Shown piece after piece: positions 1 through 13,200 of a stretch of DNA of 64,000 nt. Both the position numbers and the translations under genes were made by a program. Location of the stretch: contig OZ037767.1 in assembly GCA_964035545.1 (NCBI GenBank), positions 14,884,998 to 14,948,997 of the forward strand, written 5' to 3'. The notes beneath the pieces are model-generated. The model made no database searches. It saw only the letters and a program-made list of their open reading frames with translations, and had not been told where the DNA came from. Position 1 is the stretch's first letter, and each line of letters begins with the position of its first letter. This DNA comes from Bugula neritina (lineage: Eukaryota > Animalia > Bryozoa).

Positions 1-58
<58 letters not shown>
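1..58. repeat. (AT)n microsatellite (second tract at 216-246)
   Basis: Pure dinucleotide repeat. Confidence 0.97.
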
Positions 59-62
<4 letters not shown>

Positions 63-212
63 TCACTTGAGCTCTCTGGCTTGAGTTTACACACCTTTTA
101 AATATGCTTTAGTAGAAACATAAGTTTCTACTATTGCGAAGGTGTGGGCCATGGTACTCTGTTCTGTGCTGATGAGGGGACAAACCCCGAAACAGCTGCT
201 GTCCACAGATTG

Positions 213-215
<3 letters not shown>
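59..215 (+). mobile_element. Short hammerhead-bearing element between (AT)n tracts; probable Penelope-like pLTR or retrozyme-type unit
   Basis: About 157 bp of complex sequence bounded by pure (AT)n at 1-58 and 216-246. It contains the hammerhead and a 10-bp hairpin TAGTAGAAAC-ataa-GTTTCTACTA (110-133). No ORF. Confidence 0.55.
163..209 (+). ncRNA. Type I hammerhead ribozyme (minimal, short stem III)
   Basis: Stem I TCTGTG (163-168) pairs with CACAGA (204-209). Core CTGATGA at 169-175, stem II GGGG-acaaa-CCCC at 176-188, then GAAA, stem III ACAG/CTGT, and cleavage triplet GTC ending at 203. All conserved core nucleotides are present. Confidence 0.88.
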
Positions 216-250
<35 letters not shown>

Positions 251-798
251 TAAAATGTATTCGTACACTCGGTTACTATAGTATATGTTAGTTTGTTGAA
301 CAACTTATCCTTATGCTGCATTCTTGCAAGGTTACAAAATGCTTTCAATAAGTAATTTTGAATCATTCAATCATTACACAGCCAGATAAAGCCAACAAAG
401 CAAGACCTTTGGTAACATATTTCCTAAGCAATAAATCAGGCATCAGTCTACTGTCAATGTAGCAAAAATTGAGTAACATGAATTATCGCTTTGTAGTCTG
501 TCAGTCACAACATTAGTTTTAGAGAAGGTTAAGTGTCACGGATAGGTTTTGGTATCTAACAAGTTACACTGAGTTTCAAATTGAAAACAGGGAACCCATG
601 TTTATAAGTTGAACTTTATATCAGGCTAAGTAAGACTTTAAAAGCACTTAAAAACGTGTGCTGTTACTATAATCAATGCTTTGCAACTTAAATATTCAGT
701 CACACAAAACAAGCAATTAAAACTCTCTTATATAGTTGCAACTTTCGTTCTATAAATTTAACACATACAAATAATAAAAGCAAGACTTACACACTTAC

Positions 799-913
799 CA
801 AAGTTATTGCTGTTGCGTACAAGAGCTATTGCAAAGATCAAGTATAAAACTCCAAAAAGTAAAAGGAATCTTTTTCGAGTCCCTTTACAGCATAATCTGG
901 TAAGCATATCCAT
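799..913 (-). CDS. First coding exon of a type II membrane protein (signal-anchor, Golgi enzyme-like N-terminus); remaining exons not found in the window
   Basis: ATG at 913 gives MDMLTRLCCKGTRKRFLLLFGVLYLIFAIALVRNSNNF(G): a basic cytoplasmic tail plus one hydrophobic segment, ending at a perfect G|GTAAGT donor at 798. Confidence 0.6.
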
Positions 914-3900
914 GTTATAGCGATATTCTTAAAGCAAATGATGTCTTCACTGGCTACCAGCATAAACAGATAGCAGTTGCACCAATGATGTCTACGTGTT
1001 TACGAGGTGAAGTCAGAAGTGAGTCAGAGTGATCAAATTCTCTCTTCTACATTATTTATTTCACATGTCGTATTGCTCCACGAGCTTGCTTCCCTGTGGG
1101 AATACGAATAATGCAGTTAACAAATGATATCTGGTGTAATCATTAGTATATAGAGTGCCACTGTCTAGTGCTATAAATAAAGTACTCGCGACGCACAACA
1201 TACCAAAAGGTGAAGCTATGAGTTATTATTGAACCATCTGTGAGCATATTATTATTTCACCTTGCATTAATCAGATGAGTGTATAGTACTATGGGTAGTA
1301 AAATTTCTATAGTAATTGCTATAGCAAACCAAACAGAGCCCTGCATTCAGCCTATTCATCCGGTTTATGCTGATATAAAAGAAACTACTCGGTGAAAGAA
1401 ATAGTTATTTGAGGTAGTCCTAGCTCATTCATTGTTAATTAATCCCTGATACACATCGCTTATGCAGTATTAAAATATTCATCTATATCTTAGCTATCAT
1501 CTACATAAAGTTGCATGCCTAAATAATTTTGTTTTATAATGAATTAGGCCATTTCAGTGATTAAGCTGTGCACTACAGCAGCTGAAATTAACATGCAATG
1601 AAGGTTAGCTCTAACTAGTATAGGTTGTATAGTTACAGTAAAGTCAAAGTCAACCAAACAGTCATCTGCAATTCATCAAAAATCCCAAATCAATTCAGCA
1701 CATATGCACACCTATTTTATTAAAAAACAAAATTTCTTAGGCATCCAACTTTAAAACAGTATGTATATGAAACCTAATATATATATATATATAGCCTATA
1801 TGATTATTTTCATACCGTATCAAGGATTCTTCAACTGTTCATAATTAATGGTTTGTGTTGGAAATGAGCTATAGAAACCAACAAACACCAATAGCTGATA
1901 TGACAAAGAGAAGATTGATTACTTACCTCTTTGTGTAAAGAGGTAAGTAATCTATAGCTCAAGGCTCATTGGCTGATCAATTTAGCGTGAAAATTGTTTT
2001 ATGACTGATTTGAATGGCTGAAAAATTGTAAAAAAGTAAAACGACGCAACGGGATATTCTATTTATCAGGAAAAAGATTGGAACTATTAGTGATAAAAAT
2101 TCACAGCTGCTAACCGTGCCTAAATTAAAATCTGATCTACCACACATTTCCATTACCTAGTCGAAGATTATAGAAAGTTTTCTAAGCTAACTGAGAGTAG
2201 TTCCACAGAAATTGCATTTAAATTCTTTAATCTAGAATAAAAATGAAGCGAGTTGTTAGTAAAGCCAGACTATTTTAGCTGTCTTGCTTTAAGGTCAGCT
2301 TTTCAAACATTGAAATCAGGCAATTTTATTGTGGTAAAAAAAGTTAAAGAAATTACTATTATATAACGTACCGATATTATATCAACTTCCTGTTTAGAAA
2401 AATATCCAGTTGAGCTGAAACACTACTATCTATGAGCACCACTAGATTGTTACAATATATTTAGTTATACTGACAATACTGTACTGTAATAGTATAGTAG
2501 CTGATAACACTACACGTACTGTAATACATTAATATGCAACACACTCAAAGGAAATTGTATATATTCAGTATCAAAAGCTCAACAAAGACACTCTAGAGTC
2601 TAGACTTACCAAATAAACTCTGCCTGCAGCTCAGTATGAATTAAGATAAATGTCACAGTATGCAGTGCATTACAGCGTCAACTATGGACTCCATAGAGTA
2701 TGATGGTACAGCAAACATACTATAAATCAATATTGTTAGTAGAAGTATAAGGAGGTGATAGAAAATATTTTATTGTCACAATTACAATGGAGATTATTGA
2801 ATGGATTAGACAAACAGTGTAACTTTGTTGCCGACAGCAGTTAGTAGAATATATAGGATTTCTGGTACTATGATACAATAGTTATGGTAATACATGATGC
2901 AATATAGTTTTGGAGAAAGTGAAGCCTTGTAAATAAATTACTTGAATGCATGTAGTTTTATTTTTAATAAATTTCTGTTCAATTCAAGGAACGAGAAACA
3001 ATATGCACTTTTCAATTAGATTATAAGCAACAAAACAAGTTAAACAGCTTCTCAAGTTTCGACTATTTTAGCCAGCTACATAATATAAGAGTGAACCAAT
3101 GAGCTTGAAGCAGCATCGGCTAGCTCTTGCCTAATTCGTATCAACATTTCTGTCATACAAGTTAAATGGAAGGAAAAGCATCTTATGGTCTACTCATACT
3201 AAGCTTGCTTCTTTTGGTAAGACAACTCCAAATATGTAAGGTTTTTATTTTACAGTCACAAATGCAGGTAATGACTGTTGATATTTGTGTTTAGTTCAAA
3301 CAATTGCTGGCAGCTGTTTAAACAGTTGGCATATGTAACACCTGACATTGTTACATTTCATTTGAAGTATTTATTAATTACTCGAACTATTTCTATTGTT
3401 ATACATACTCCCACACCTTTCAACTTAGATGGCTTTTCATACATTCCTTCTGGTGTAGACAACAAACCAAAATAAAGAGTAACAACTTACCCTGGCCAAC
3501 ACTCACTAAAGTAAACAATGACCAAGGGCTAACTATCTAAAATGTTAGATGCTGCATGAATTCATACATTATTAATCAATATAAAGCGCATTTCATATGT
3601 TAAATGAAATTATATATTATTTATAATTTCAAATGTAGGTGTACTCCAGCTCAGATGGGTTTTGGTCGCATTTGAATAACTATTGGCTTCCATCGTTAGC
3701 TTTATACAAATGGTTGCATCATTCACTGAATAAAATCCTTTGCAACTTTGTGGACAGACCAGTCAACAATTAAATATTAGACTTAAAATGTAAACATTAA
3801 TCCTTGACAAGTTATTATTTTAGATAATTGATAGAAAGAAGTTCTGTGTAAGCCAACAAGGTAACAATTAAATTAGTATTTTCTTCTGCAATACGCATTA

Positions 3901-5959
3901 TTTGAGCTGCTTGTTTTAAATTCCCAGAAAAGCCAATTATGGAGTAAAATAAGATAAATCTAGCTGGACTAGGTTTATTTATACGATAGGAAACAACTCT
4001 AATGGTGTAATTGGCTGGCGGAATTAATGCCAATTAATTTGGAGTTGTCCGCTTTGAGTGAAGCTATCTTCGTATTAGTCCACCGGAGATGTGGTTTTTC
4101 ATCCCACATAACCCAAACAAAAATCCAGTCCAATGGAAGCATATTGATAAGAGTGGGCATTTCATCTTAGCGCTAGAAGAAGCACACTCGTAAAACAACT
4201 TGAAAGGTACAACAACTTGAAAGGTAAAACAACTTGAGACGAACAAAGAGAAACCTCACACATTACTCAGCACCCGTAGAATTTATCTTTAGAACCAGAA
4301 CATGCAGGTAGTTGCTATATAATATCTTTATTCAAATTTCTTGTGTAAAGAAAAATATGGTCATAGAAGTTGGGACGTGAAAATTTTATTTGGACAATTC
4401 ATTAGCTGTTTTGAGCATATTGTCTTCAGTGAACGTAGTGAAGGTGAATCTTTTTACTTCTAACATGTTTTAACATCTGTATGTGTTGAAAACAGCATAG
4501 CAATCCCTTATCAATATTCCGTCCAGTAGATATCACACTGGGACCAAATAGTGACAAGGAGTCAGCCATACTAACTACCTTGCTCAGTTTGTAGTCTGTG
4601 CATACGCAGCCATAAATGAGCAGATTCATTGTATAGAAGTTTGCTCAGGCTGTGTTGAAATTGATAGTACTGCAGTAATGACGACTGAAAGAAGTACCAC
4701 GGTTTAAAAAAAGAGATTAAACTGTATTTACTATTTATGGGATGCAATATAAGTTGTCAATTAGAGTTACAGTAAAAAGGACACCATGGGTGTGTTTTAT
4801 CAGAGTGGTTTATAATGATAATGATAACATAATAAGGAGCCTAGACTCACGCTATTGTACCATGTTAATTCCACTATTAACTATAGTACATATATTTGAA
4901 TACTTGAATACTAAAACAATATTAAATATGAGTATTCCTTTTAGTGGGACAGTTTAGTTATTTATATAGCAATTATAGTACATTATATTAAAACAAGTCA
5001 CTGCGAGTTAAATTTTAATAATTGAAACAGCAATACTTGGTCCCATATTTATAATAACTTTGATCAAGTCACATAAAATCCCACTGTTCATCATTTTCCC
5101 TGTGAAAATTATCAACAAGCCTATGGGCTGTGATGAGTGAGACTTGAAGTCCAACAAGCAGATCGAGAAAAAATCGAAATAAGTTTAGAACTGTGGACAA
5201 AATAAAAATGGCCATAATTATACTCTTAATAAAGACTGTTGCCTGTCATTCATTAATGAGTTTCAATTTCATGAACTTAGAGTAACTTTCAAAGTCAAAG
5301 AAATAGAAAAACTAACTAAGAGTAAGACCAGCTAAGTTGAAGTAACAAAAAGTACAACTAACAGTGATACTAATACTCATAGTAATAGTAATACTTCTAA
5401 ACTTTACTGGCACACTCCTTTCACTAAAACCAAACTTAAGGTTAATCATAATGATAATGATCATGTTTTATGGTTTTATGAAATTGAAGAAATCAATTAA
5501 AATAATAAACACTTTAGTTTTGCTAATAGTACTACCAACAGTAATACTAATCAGTAATTACATGAGACTAACAGTAACTTTCAGTGATTAGAAATAAATT
5601 AAATAACCTAGTAACGTTTGAATTTTTATTAATATTACTATTACTATTAGTATTACTACAAGTACAGCTACCTTTCCTTTATTATAATAAATACAATACT
5701 CAAAGTCAATAGTCAGTGAGTCTGACAGCACTTAAACTCACTAAGTAACTTACACTTACAGCTACAGTTACACTTACTGTGCTCTTTTTAACGCTCATTG
5801 ACTTTGAGTTTGAGTTGCAATAGTAATATAAAATTAAAGGAGATAAAATGAAATGGGCTGCCTCCGCAGTTCCACTTCCAGATTGAGACTCAATCTCTGA
5901 CTGACTAAGTTTACGTTTAGTATAATAAAAATTATATTTATTACAATTATAATTGCTTT

Positions 5960-6084
5960 CATAAACTTAAAACTCTAACTATAAGACTAAGTCTTTAATA
6001 ACTAATAAGTAATAACTAATACTATTAGTTATTACTTATTAGTTATTAAAGACTTAGTCTTATAGTTATAGTTTTAAGTTTATG
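5960..6084. repeat. Near-perfect palindrome with 62-bp arms and a 1-nt spacer
   Basis: 5960-6021 is the reverse complement of 6023-6084 with one mismatch. Confidence 0.93.
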
Positions 6085-6304
6085 AGTAATAGTAATAACT
6101 AAATAACTATAAGTATAAGTGAATAACCTAATTAAAATTGTAATATTTGCAGCGCTATTTCAATACCAACGCTGATAGCTCACTCTATTACTGTGTTACT
6201 GCTATAGTCATAAACCTCAGTGGTTTCTACCAATAAAATTTATGGTACAATCTAAATCGGAATGAATGTTAAAAATTAAAAGCCGTTTTGAAGTGTGTTT
6301 TAAA

Positions 6305-6560
6305 CTCGAATTTGACCGCCCCGCCATTCACAAATCACGTGGCAAAGGAAAAGGAAATAAATTAACATTTAGGAACTTGAACTAACAATAGAAGCCCGCC
6401 AATGATCAAACACTGAGTACGCGCAATAATTATTTTGTCTCGCCTAGACTTTATAATGTCAAGGTTAATGATATCTATTTACTGCATTCAGGATAACAAT
6501 TCAAAACATCTTCTAGAGATCACGCAGTATACTAAATGACGCTTAGTAACTACAACAACT
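6305..6560. promoter_or_regulatory. Candidate (possibly bidirectional) promoter upstream of KIF6
   Basis: Local GC-rich patch with CCGCCCCGCCAT, a CACGTG E-box, GCCCGCCAAT and a weak RFX-like half site TTAGTAAC. The KIF6 ATG exon is preceded by a splice acceptor (about 7219), implying an upstream non-coding exon. Confidence 0.35.
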
Positions 6561-7248
6561 TGAAAATTTTCAGTAGGATCACAATCATCACCATGATTAT
6601 AATGATTGTAAATGTTCTCGAGGTCATAAAAGACAAACCCGTGTGATCAACTTTTGTGAACACGGTAAAAAATTAAAAAAGTGTGCACCTTTTCTTTTTT
6701 CATACTACGTATGCCTATTTAGTATTTTCAATAAATATAGAATAAAAATTAAATTTTCCATTTAGTGATTTACTGATTTAGTTTTTATTGAAATTGAATA
6801 ATTATTTCAATTTTAGTTTAATAATAAAATAATCAATTAAATTATATATCCATACATATTTTACATTAATATTTCATTGTAAGCTTTAAAAATTGAACTG
6901 AGTCTACAAGTAAGAGTGCATCAGAAAGACTACAACTAGGATCAAACTTCAACTGTACCGAATAAATCATAATTCAATTTTAAGCAAAAATGTTGAGTCA
7001 CAAGTACCAGTAGTAATACTTATACTAAATCTAATACTAATTAATATTAATAGTAATGCTAACAGTATTATAGTTATTAATATTAATGACTGCAACTGTA
7101 AGTTTAAGACTGCGAGCATCAGACTCAGAAAACTTGAGCCTAAGCAAAAAAATAATTATGAACACCATACAAATTGAAATTGAAGTTAAACTCAAATTGT
7201 TGTTGATAAATTTTTATAGGCTGATGTGATTATCCTGTTGCAAGAATT

Positions 7249-10200
7249 ATGGTTAAACAGACTATACAGATATTTGCTCGCGTGAAGCCTACTAAAGCTA
7301 AAACTGGGGTTAGTTATCACTTATTAATAAATATTATTATAATATAAATATAATTTTAGAATTATGATCACTATTATACTACAATTAGAATTTATGTAAG
7401 CAAAATTGTGAGTTGTTTTATTTTAGTGTATATGTCTATCAATTATATCAATAAATTTTATATAAAACTTTGATCACCTTGTTTTAATAACCAATATCAT
7501 TTTGACATCTTTTAAAATTAAACAGCTTAGATTTGAGTTATCGATTAAATTTTTACAAATCAAAAATTGACTTTTATTTATGCAGTTATTTTATTTACCA
7601 TATATTAGTATAAGATACATATCTTAGTGTGCATGATATAGGATTTTTTCAAGTGTATGTAATAAATAATGCATGTTTAGGTATATGTGATACATAATAT
7701 ATGTCTAGGCATATACATAATATATGTGTAGGTATATATGTAATATATAATGTATGTGTAGGTATATACATAATATATGTGTATGTATATATGTAGTACA
7801 TAATATATGTGTATGTATATATGTAGTACATAATATATGTGTAGGTATATATGTAATATATAATATATGCGTAGGTATATATGTGTAGGTATATATGTAA
7901 TATATGTGTATGTATATATGTAATATATAGTATATGCGTAGGTATATATGTAATATATAATGTATGCTTAGGTATACGACTTGGAAGACAAAGATGATGG
8001 CTCTTCACAGTTAACATTCTTTATTCCAAAGGAATTGGCTGCGGGATTGGTCAATAATAAAAAAGAGAATTACAAGTTTAAGTAAGAATAAAATCAATAT
8101 TAACACATCATTGTATAAACGACTGCTACAAACATACTGCTGTGCCGTACCTGGTATTAAGTGTTTAACGGAGAGAAGGGTGTTTGTTGATGCTGTAAAT
8201 AGGTTTTTTATCACTTGTCTATAACAGTTAGGAGTTGTGGCCTCTATGATGGTACATATTTCAATGCTTTCTATATTCGTCAATAACAGCACTTGTCAAT
8301 ATATTTTTGTACCAAAATTGTATTTTAAATATAGATATAACCCATAGCCTGAATACAGGTTGTGCTACAATTCATATGTTATAATGTGTTGTAATGTATC
8401 CATTATAATTGCTATACTTGATGTTGCTTTAAAAATGTATAAATTCCATTTCTATAGAATTATCTTTAAGGCTACACTCATTACGTTAAGGATTTTATAT
8501 ATTATGCATTGCACCTGTGCTTTACTGCTGTTAAGGCTAGTTTTGGAGAAAATAACTGCTTTTTTACCTGCTGTACATGTGTTTGGTTTTGTTTCTTAAT
8601 TATCAACAGGTTTCCATTTCTCTGTTTTTCTCAGGTTTGAGAAAGTGTTTGACCAGAAATGCAAGCAAGAAGATATCTTTGAGAATGTAGCTAAACCAGT
8701 TATTGATAAGTAAGTTGAGAAGAAGGGTTTGTAATGTATAAATATGTATATATTGTAGTGGGGCACGCGATATGTGCCTCCACATGCTCCCTAGCCAATC
8801 AGACGTGTATCAGGTGATACCCCCAGCGATGCATAATAGATAAAACTTAATTACCAGTCTGCGTAGTAGTTAGCGTGTCATTGTATAGAGCAGATGTAAC
8901 TTTTATAACGATACTGGATGTATCTATTTTCTCAATATATATAATTGTAAATAAAGACATTCTTAAATCTAATGAACCTCAGATCATTTCGGATAATTGG
9001 AGACATAATACATGCTAGGAACCCACGCGTTACGATTGTTTAAATCCTAACAATATATAACAATGTTCTGTGAAGATTTTTGCCTGTGATATTTAAGTGT
9101 ATTTAAGTGACTTCACAAATGTGAAGTAGATTAAAAAATTTAAAAATTTCATGGAAATGGAAACAGCTGAAGTTTATTTTTTCAACTTCAACATAACCAT
9201 TTCAGTTTATATATTTAAAGACAGCTCTATATAATTAAAATTTCAAACTATTGCTGCTGTTATTTAAACTTAAATGTTTTATTTCTACTCTAATCAAGTC
9301 GGCTAGTTTCTCAGTACAATTAATGTTACCAGTATTGGGAAAGTCTATTCTGATTTTAATTATTTCATTCGCAAGCTCACTCTATAGCTGCGTTGTTACC
9401 ACTGTAATAAATATTTTTCAGTCTCATCAAAGTTCTTATCATGCAGAGTTTATATAAAAATACTTTTATAAAATGCAGTAAAATAGAGTGTTGAAAATAA
9501 TATACTTTTTTTCAAATTTTAAAGCGCCCCCCTCCCCCCCTAAATAATTTGCCCAACATGAAAGGGGCTGATCTGCATTGAATGATAAATTTGGATATGA
9601 ATTAAATTTAATAATTCTTGTTTCAGTGTTGTCAAAGGCTACAATGGCACTATATTTGCATATGGCCAAACAGGAAGTGGTAAAACGTTTACTATTACGG
9701 GTGGGGCGGAGAAATACTCCCAAAGGGGAATCATTCCAAGGACTCTCGGCTACATTTTCGAGATGTATGAGAAAGTAAGCATACTGCCTGTGCTAATGTA
9801 TCAACTTGTTATAATCCAGTGACTATTCAATCAGTTGGGTTAATAATCTATTAAATAGGTGAAAAGCCTATTAATCGGGTAATCAATCAATAATTAGGTG
9901 ACTATAGCTACCAAGGACAATGTTTTGTGTTTTTAATCTTCACTGGTGTCTTAATTTTATTGTGTTTCCAAATTATATATACTACATCACATAAAAGCAA
10001 CACTTCATTAAAATGACACCATCGAGACACTAGCAATATTAGAGAAAGACTTTGAGTGCAAGAAAAAATACAATATAAATAGTTTTGTTCAACAATATTT
10101 GAAAGAGAAAATTTTATTAACCAAGTTTTGCTATTTGATATGATCTGTCTATTAGCACCAAGTGCCTGTGTTTTAAAGCTAGGACTGCACTGTAGGGACA

Positions 10201-13200
10201 GTTTATCTGCAAACTGTTCTGGATATAGCATAATTTGAAAGCTTTGTATAAATTTCTGTACGGTGACTAATCAATTAAGTGCATAATTGATTAGTTTAGT
10301 GACTAATCAATCAGTTTAGTGACTAATCAATCAGTTTAGTGACTGATCATTCAGTTTAGTGACTAATCATTCAGTTTAGTGACTAATAATCAGGTGACTA
10401 AATGTTCATCTCTCTACTGTTAATCCAATTTCAAATATCAATGTTTGTCCACAGATGCCAGAGCGAGAATTTTCCACAAACGTATCCTACTTGGAGATTT
10501 ACAACGAGAACGGATATGACTTGCTGGATCCCAAACATGAAGCTTCTAAATTAGAAGATCTGCCGTAAGTTCCTTTCCGTTATTTTTGTTTCTAGTTCTA
10601 GCATTCTAGACTGTGTTTTTAATTATTTTTATTAAATTGTGGATATTTAAACAATTCACTACTTGCAGCCTCATGTTATATTAACTTTAAAAAAGTAATT
10701 ATCGAAAATGTAGAATAAAATTAGCAAAAAAGCTAATTTTGTTAAAATGTATTCAGATGAGGTTACCAATTAGGGAAGACAACTCATTATCCAATAAAAC
10801 TGGAATTAGTAAATTATGTTTTCAGAGCAGTGGTTGACTGTTTATTCTTCATATTGATTATATCTGATAGTTTATCCATCTGTTTACTCAGTAAAGTGGC
10901 TCTGATGGAAGACGAAGGACAAAACATTCACCTGAAGAACCTGTCAATCCATCCTGCCGGAAATGAAGAAGATGCCCTCAATCTACTCTTTCTAGGTGAC
11001 ACCAACAGGATGATTGCTGAGGTTACTACAATGCTTCTGTTAATATCTACGTGGAAACACAACTATCTTTTTCGCTACTATCTTTTTCGTATACAAAGAA
11101 ATAGTTTCAATAATCTCTTTTCGATTATTGTTGATTTTTCAACAATTTCTTTATTAACTATACTGTAGACACCAATGAACCAGGCATCTACACGATCCCA
11201 CTGCATATTCACTATCCACTTGATGTCTAAAGAAGTTGGGTCTGCCACAGTGCGGAGGTCAAAGCTTCATCTAGTCGACTTGGCTGGGTAATTCGTCTAA
11301 TACTCTTCACTTCTTACTATGCAACCTCTACATGCAGTATATACTTCTATTATCTGCTTCTATCCTTCTACTATCTGCTTCTACTATCTGCTTCTACTGT
11401 CTGCTTCTACTATCTGCTTCTAGCCTTCTACTATCTGCTTCTACCATCTGCTCCTATTATTTGCTTCTACTATCTGCTTCTATTATCTGCTTCTATTATC
11501 TGCTTCTACTATCTGCTTCTATTATCTACTTCTATCATCTGCTTCTACTATCTGCTTCTATTTTCTGCTCTTATTATTTGCTTCTACTATCTGCTTCTAC
11601 TATCTGCTTCTACCATCTGCTTCTACTATCTGTTTCTACTATCTGCTTCTATTATCTACTTCTATTATCAGCTTCTAATATCTGCTTCTATTATCTGCTT
11701 CTATTATCGATGAGATCACATGTTCTTTTTAGTTATGCTGGAGGCTTTTAAAATTATCCTTTAATTTTTCAAATGCAGGTCTGAGAGAGTTTCTAAAACC
11801 GGAGTGAATGGAATTATTCTCTCGGAGGCTAAATATATTAATTTGTCTCTACACTATTTGGAGCAGGTAAATATATCTATATATATTATTTAGCGCAGGT
11901 AAATATTCTATATACACTATTTAGCACAGGTAAATATATATATACTATTTAGCGCAGGTAAATAGTCTATGTTATTCTATCAGGTAATAGTCGCGCTCTC
12001 AGAGAAGTCAAGGTCACACATCCCGTACAGGAACTCAATGATGACGTCAGTGTTGAGAGACTCGTTAGGAGGAAACTGCATGACTACTATGATAGCTACT
12101 TGTAACGTGGAGAAGCCCAACATTGACGTGAGAATCTGACTACTGTTTATAGAAAGGGGGGGGGGGTGTTAAGGCCCCCTCATAATATAGTTTACTCAGT
12201 GGTATTCAGGATGCTGGTTTGTGTGGAGTTCATAGCTTAGGTGTCTTGGTGCAATTCTGTCTTCTTTTAGAGATTATCAAGGTGTATGAAAGAGTAGCTT
12301 CTAGGTTGCATGAAAATTAACTCTCGAAATAAATGAGACGTAAGAGAGGGTAACTTCTTATTTAAATCAGGTGTTTGAGAAGATAACTCCTAAGACAAAT
12401 AATGTGTATGAGTGGGTAACTTCTAAATTAAATGTGGTTTATGGGGGTTGAATGGCATATATAATGAAGAGTAAAATACATTTGGTACAGACTTTTGTGT
12501 GCTTTCAATAAATAATTGTATATCTATATTATTACCAATACATTTACCATTTTATTTTAGAGATAGTTGAGATGCTTTCTACTCACGTCACATGTATGTT
12601 TTGCAGGAGTCCATATCAACTTGCCGGTTTGCTCAAAGAGTGGCCATGATTAAGAATGATGCCCTGCTCAATGAAGAGATGGATCCCAGGCTATTAGCGG
12701 AGAAACTGAAAAAGGAAGTAGCTCTCTTGAAAGAGGAGTTAGCTATGGCAACTGGCGAGCAGAGAAGCGATGATCTCACTGAAGATGAGATTTCTAGGTA
12801 GTCATGTAATAGTTTTATATAAGAATAATAGGAAAATTATTTGTTGTATATTGGAAGTTGTCTTTACATTTCATCATCACAAAGATATTTGAATTAACTT
12901 TTAGAACTGAAACATGACACTTCATTGCATGCCAGTTACTCTTCATTTACTGAAGAAAAAATTGCCTATTTATAATTGTTTAGTCTAATAAAAATACTAT
13001 ATTATGTTTATTGGTAGTTATCCCCCTGCAATATTGTCCTTTCTCACTGCAGAAATACTTTCGTTATCATCTGAAAAAAAATTGCTAGATGTAGCACAGA
13101 GCTTGGTGTTGAGAAATAATGTGTAAACAAAAAGCGCCGCCTTTTGCACTTGGTAACCCCAAGCTTTGTGCTGCATCTAGCGATCTGCTATGATCTGCAG

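Noticed and set aside
3278-5591. Several 60-75 aa ORFs
   Set aside because: No recognisable motifs or consistent splice chain; expected by chance in AT-rich DNA.
5853-5900. Short ORF MGCLRSSTSRLRLNL resembling a myristoylated N-terminus
   Set aside because: It stops after 15 codons with no good donor.
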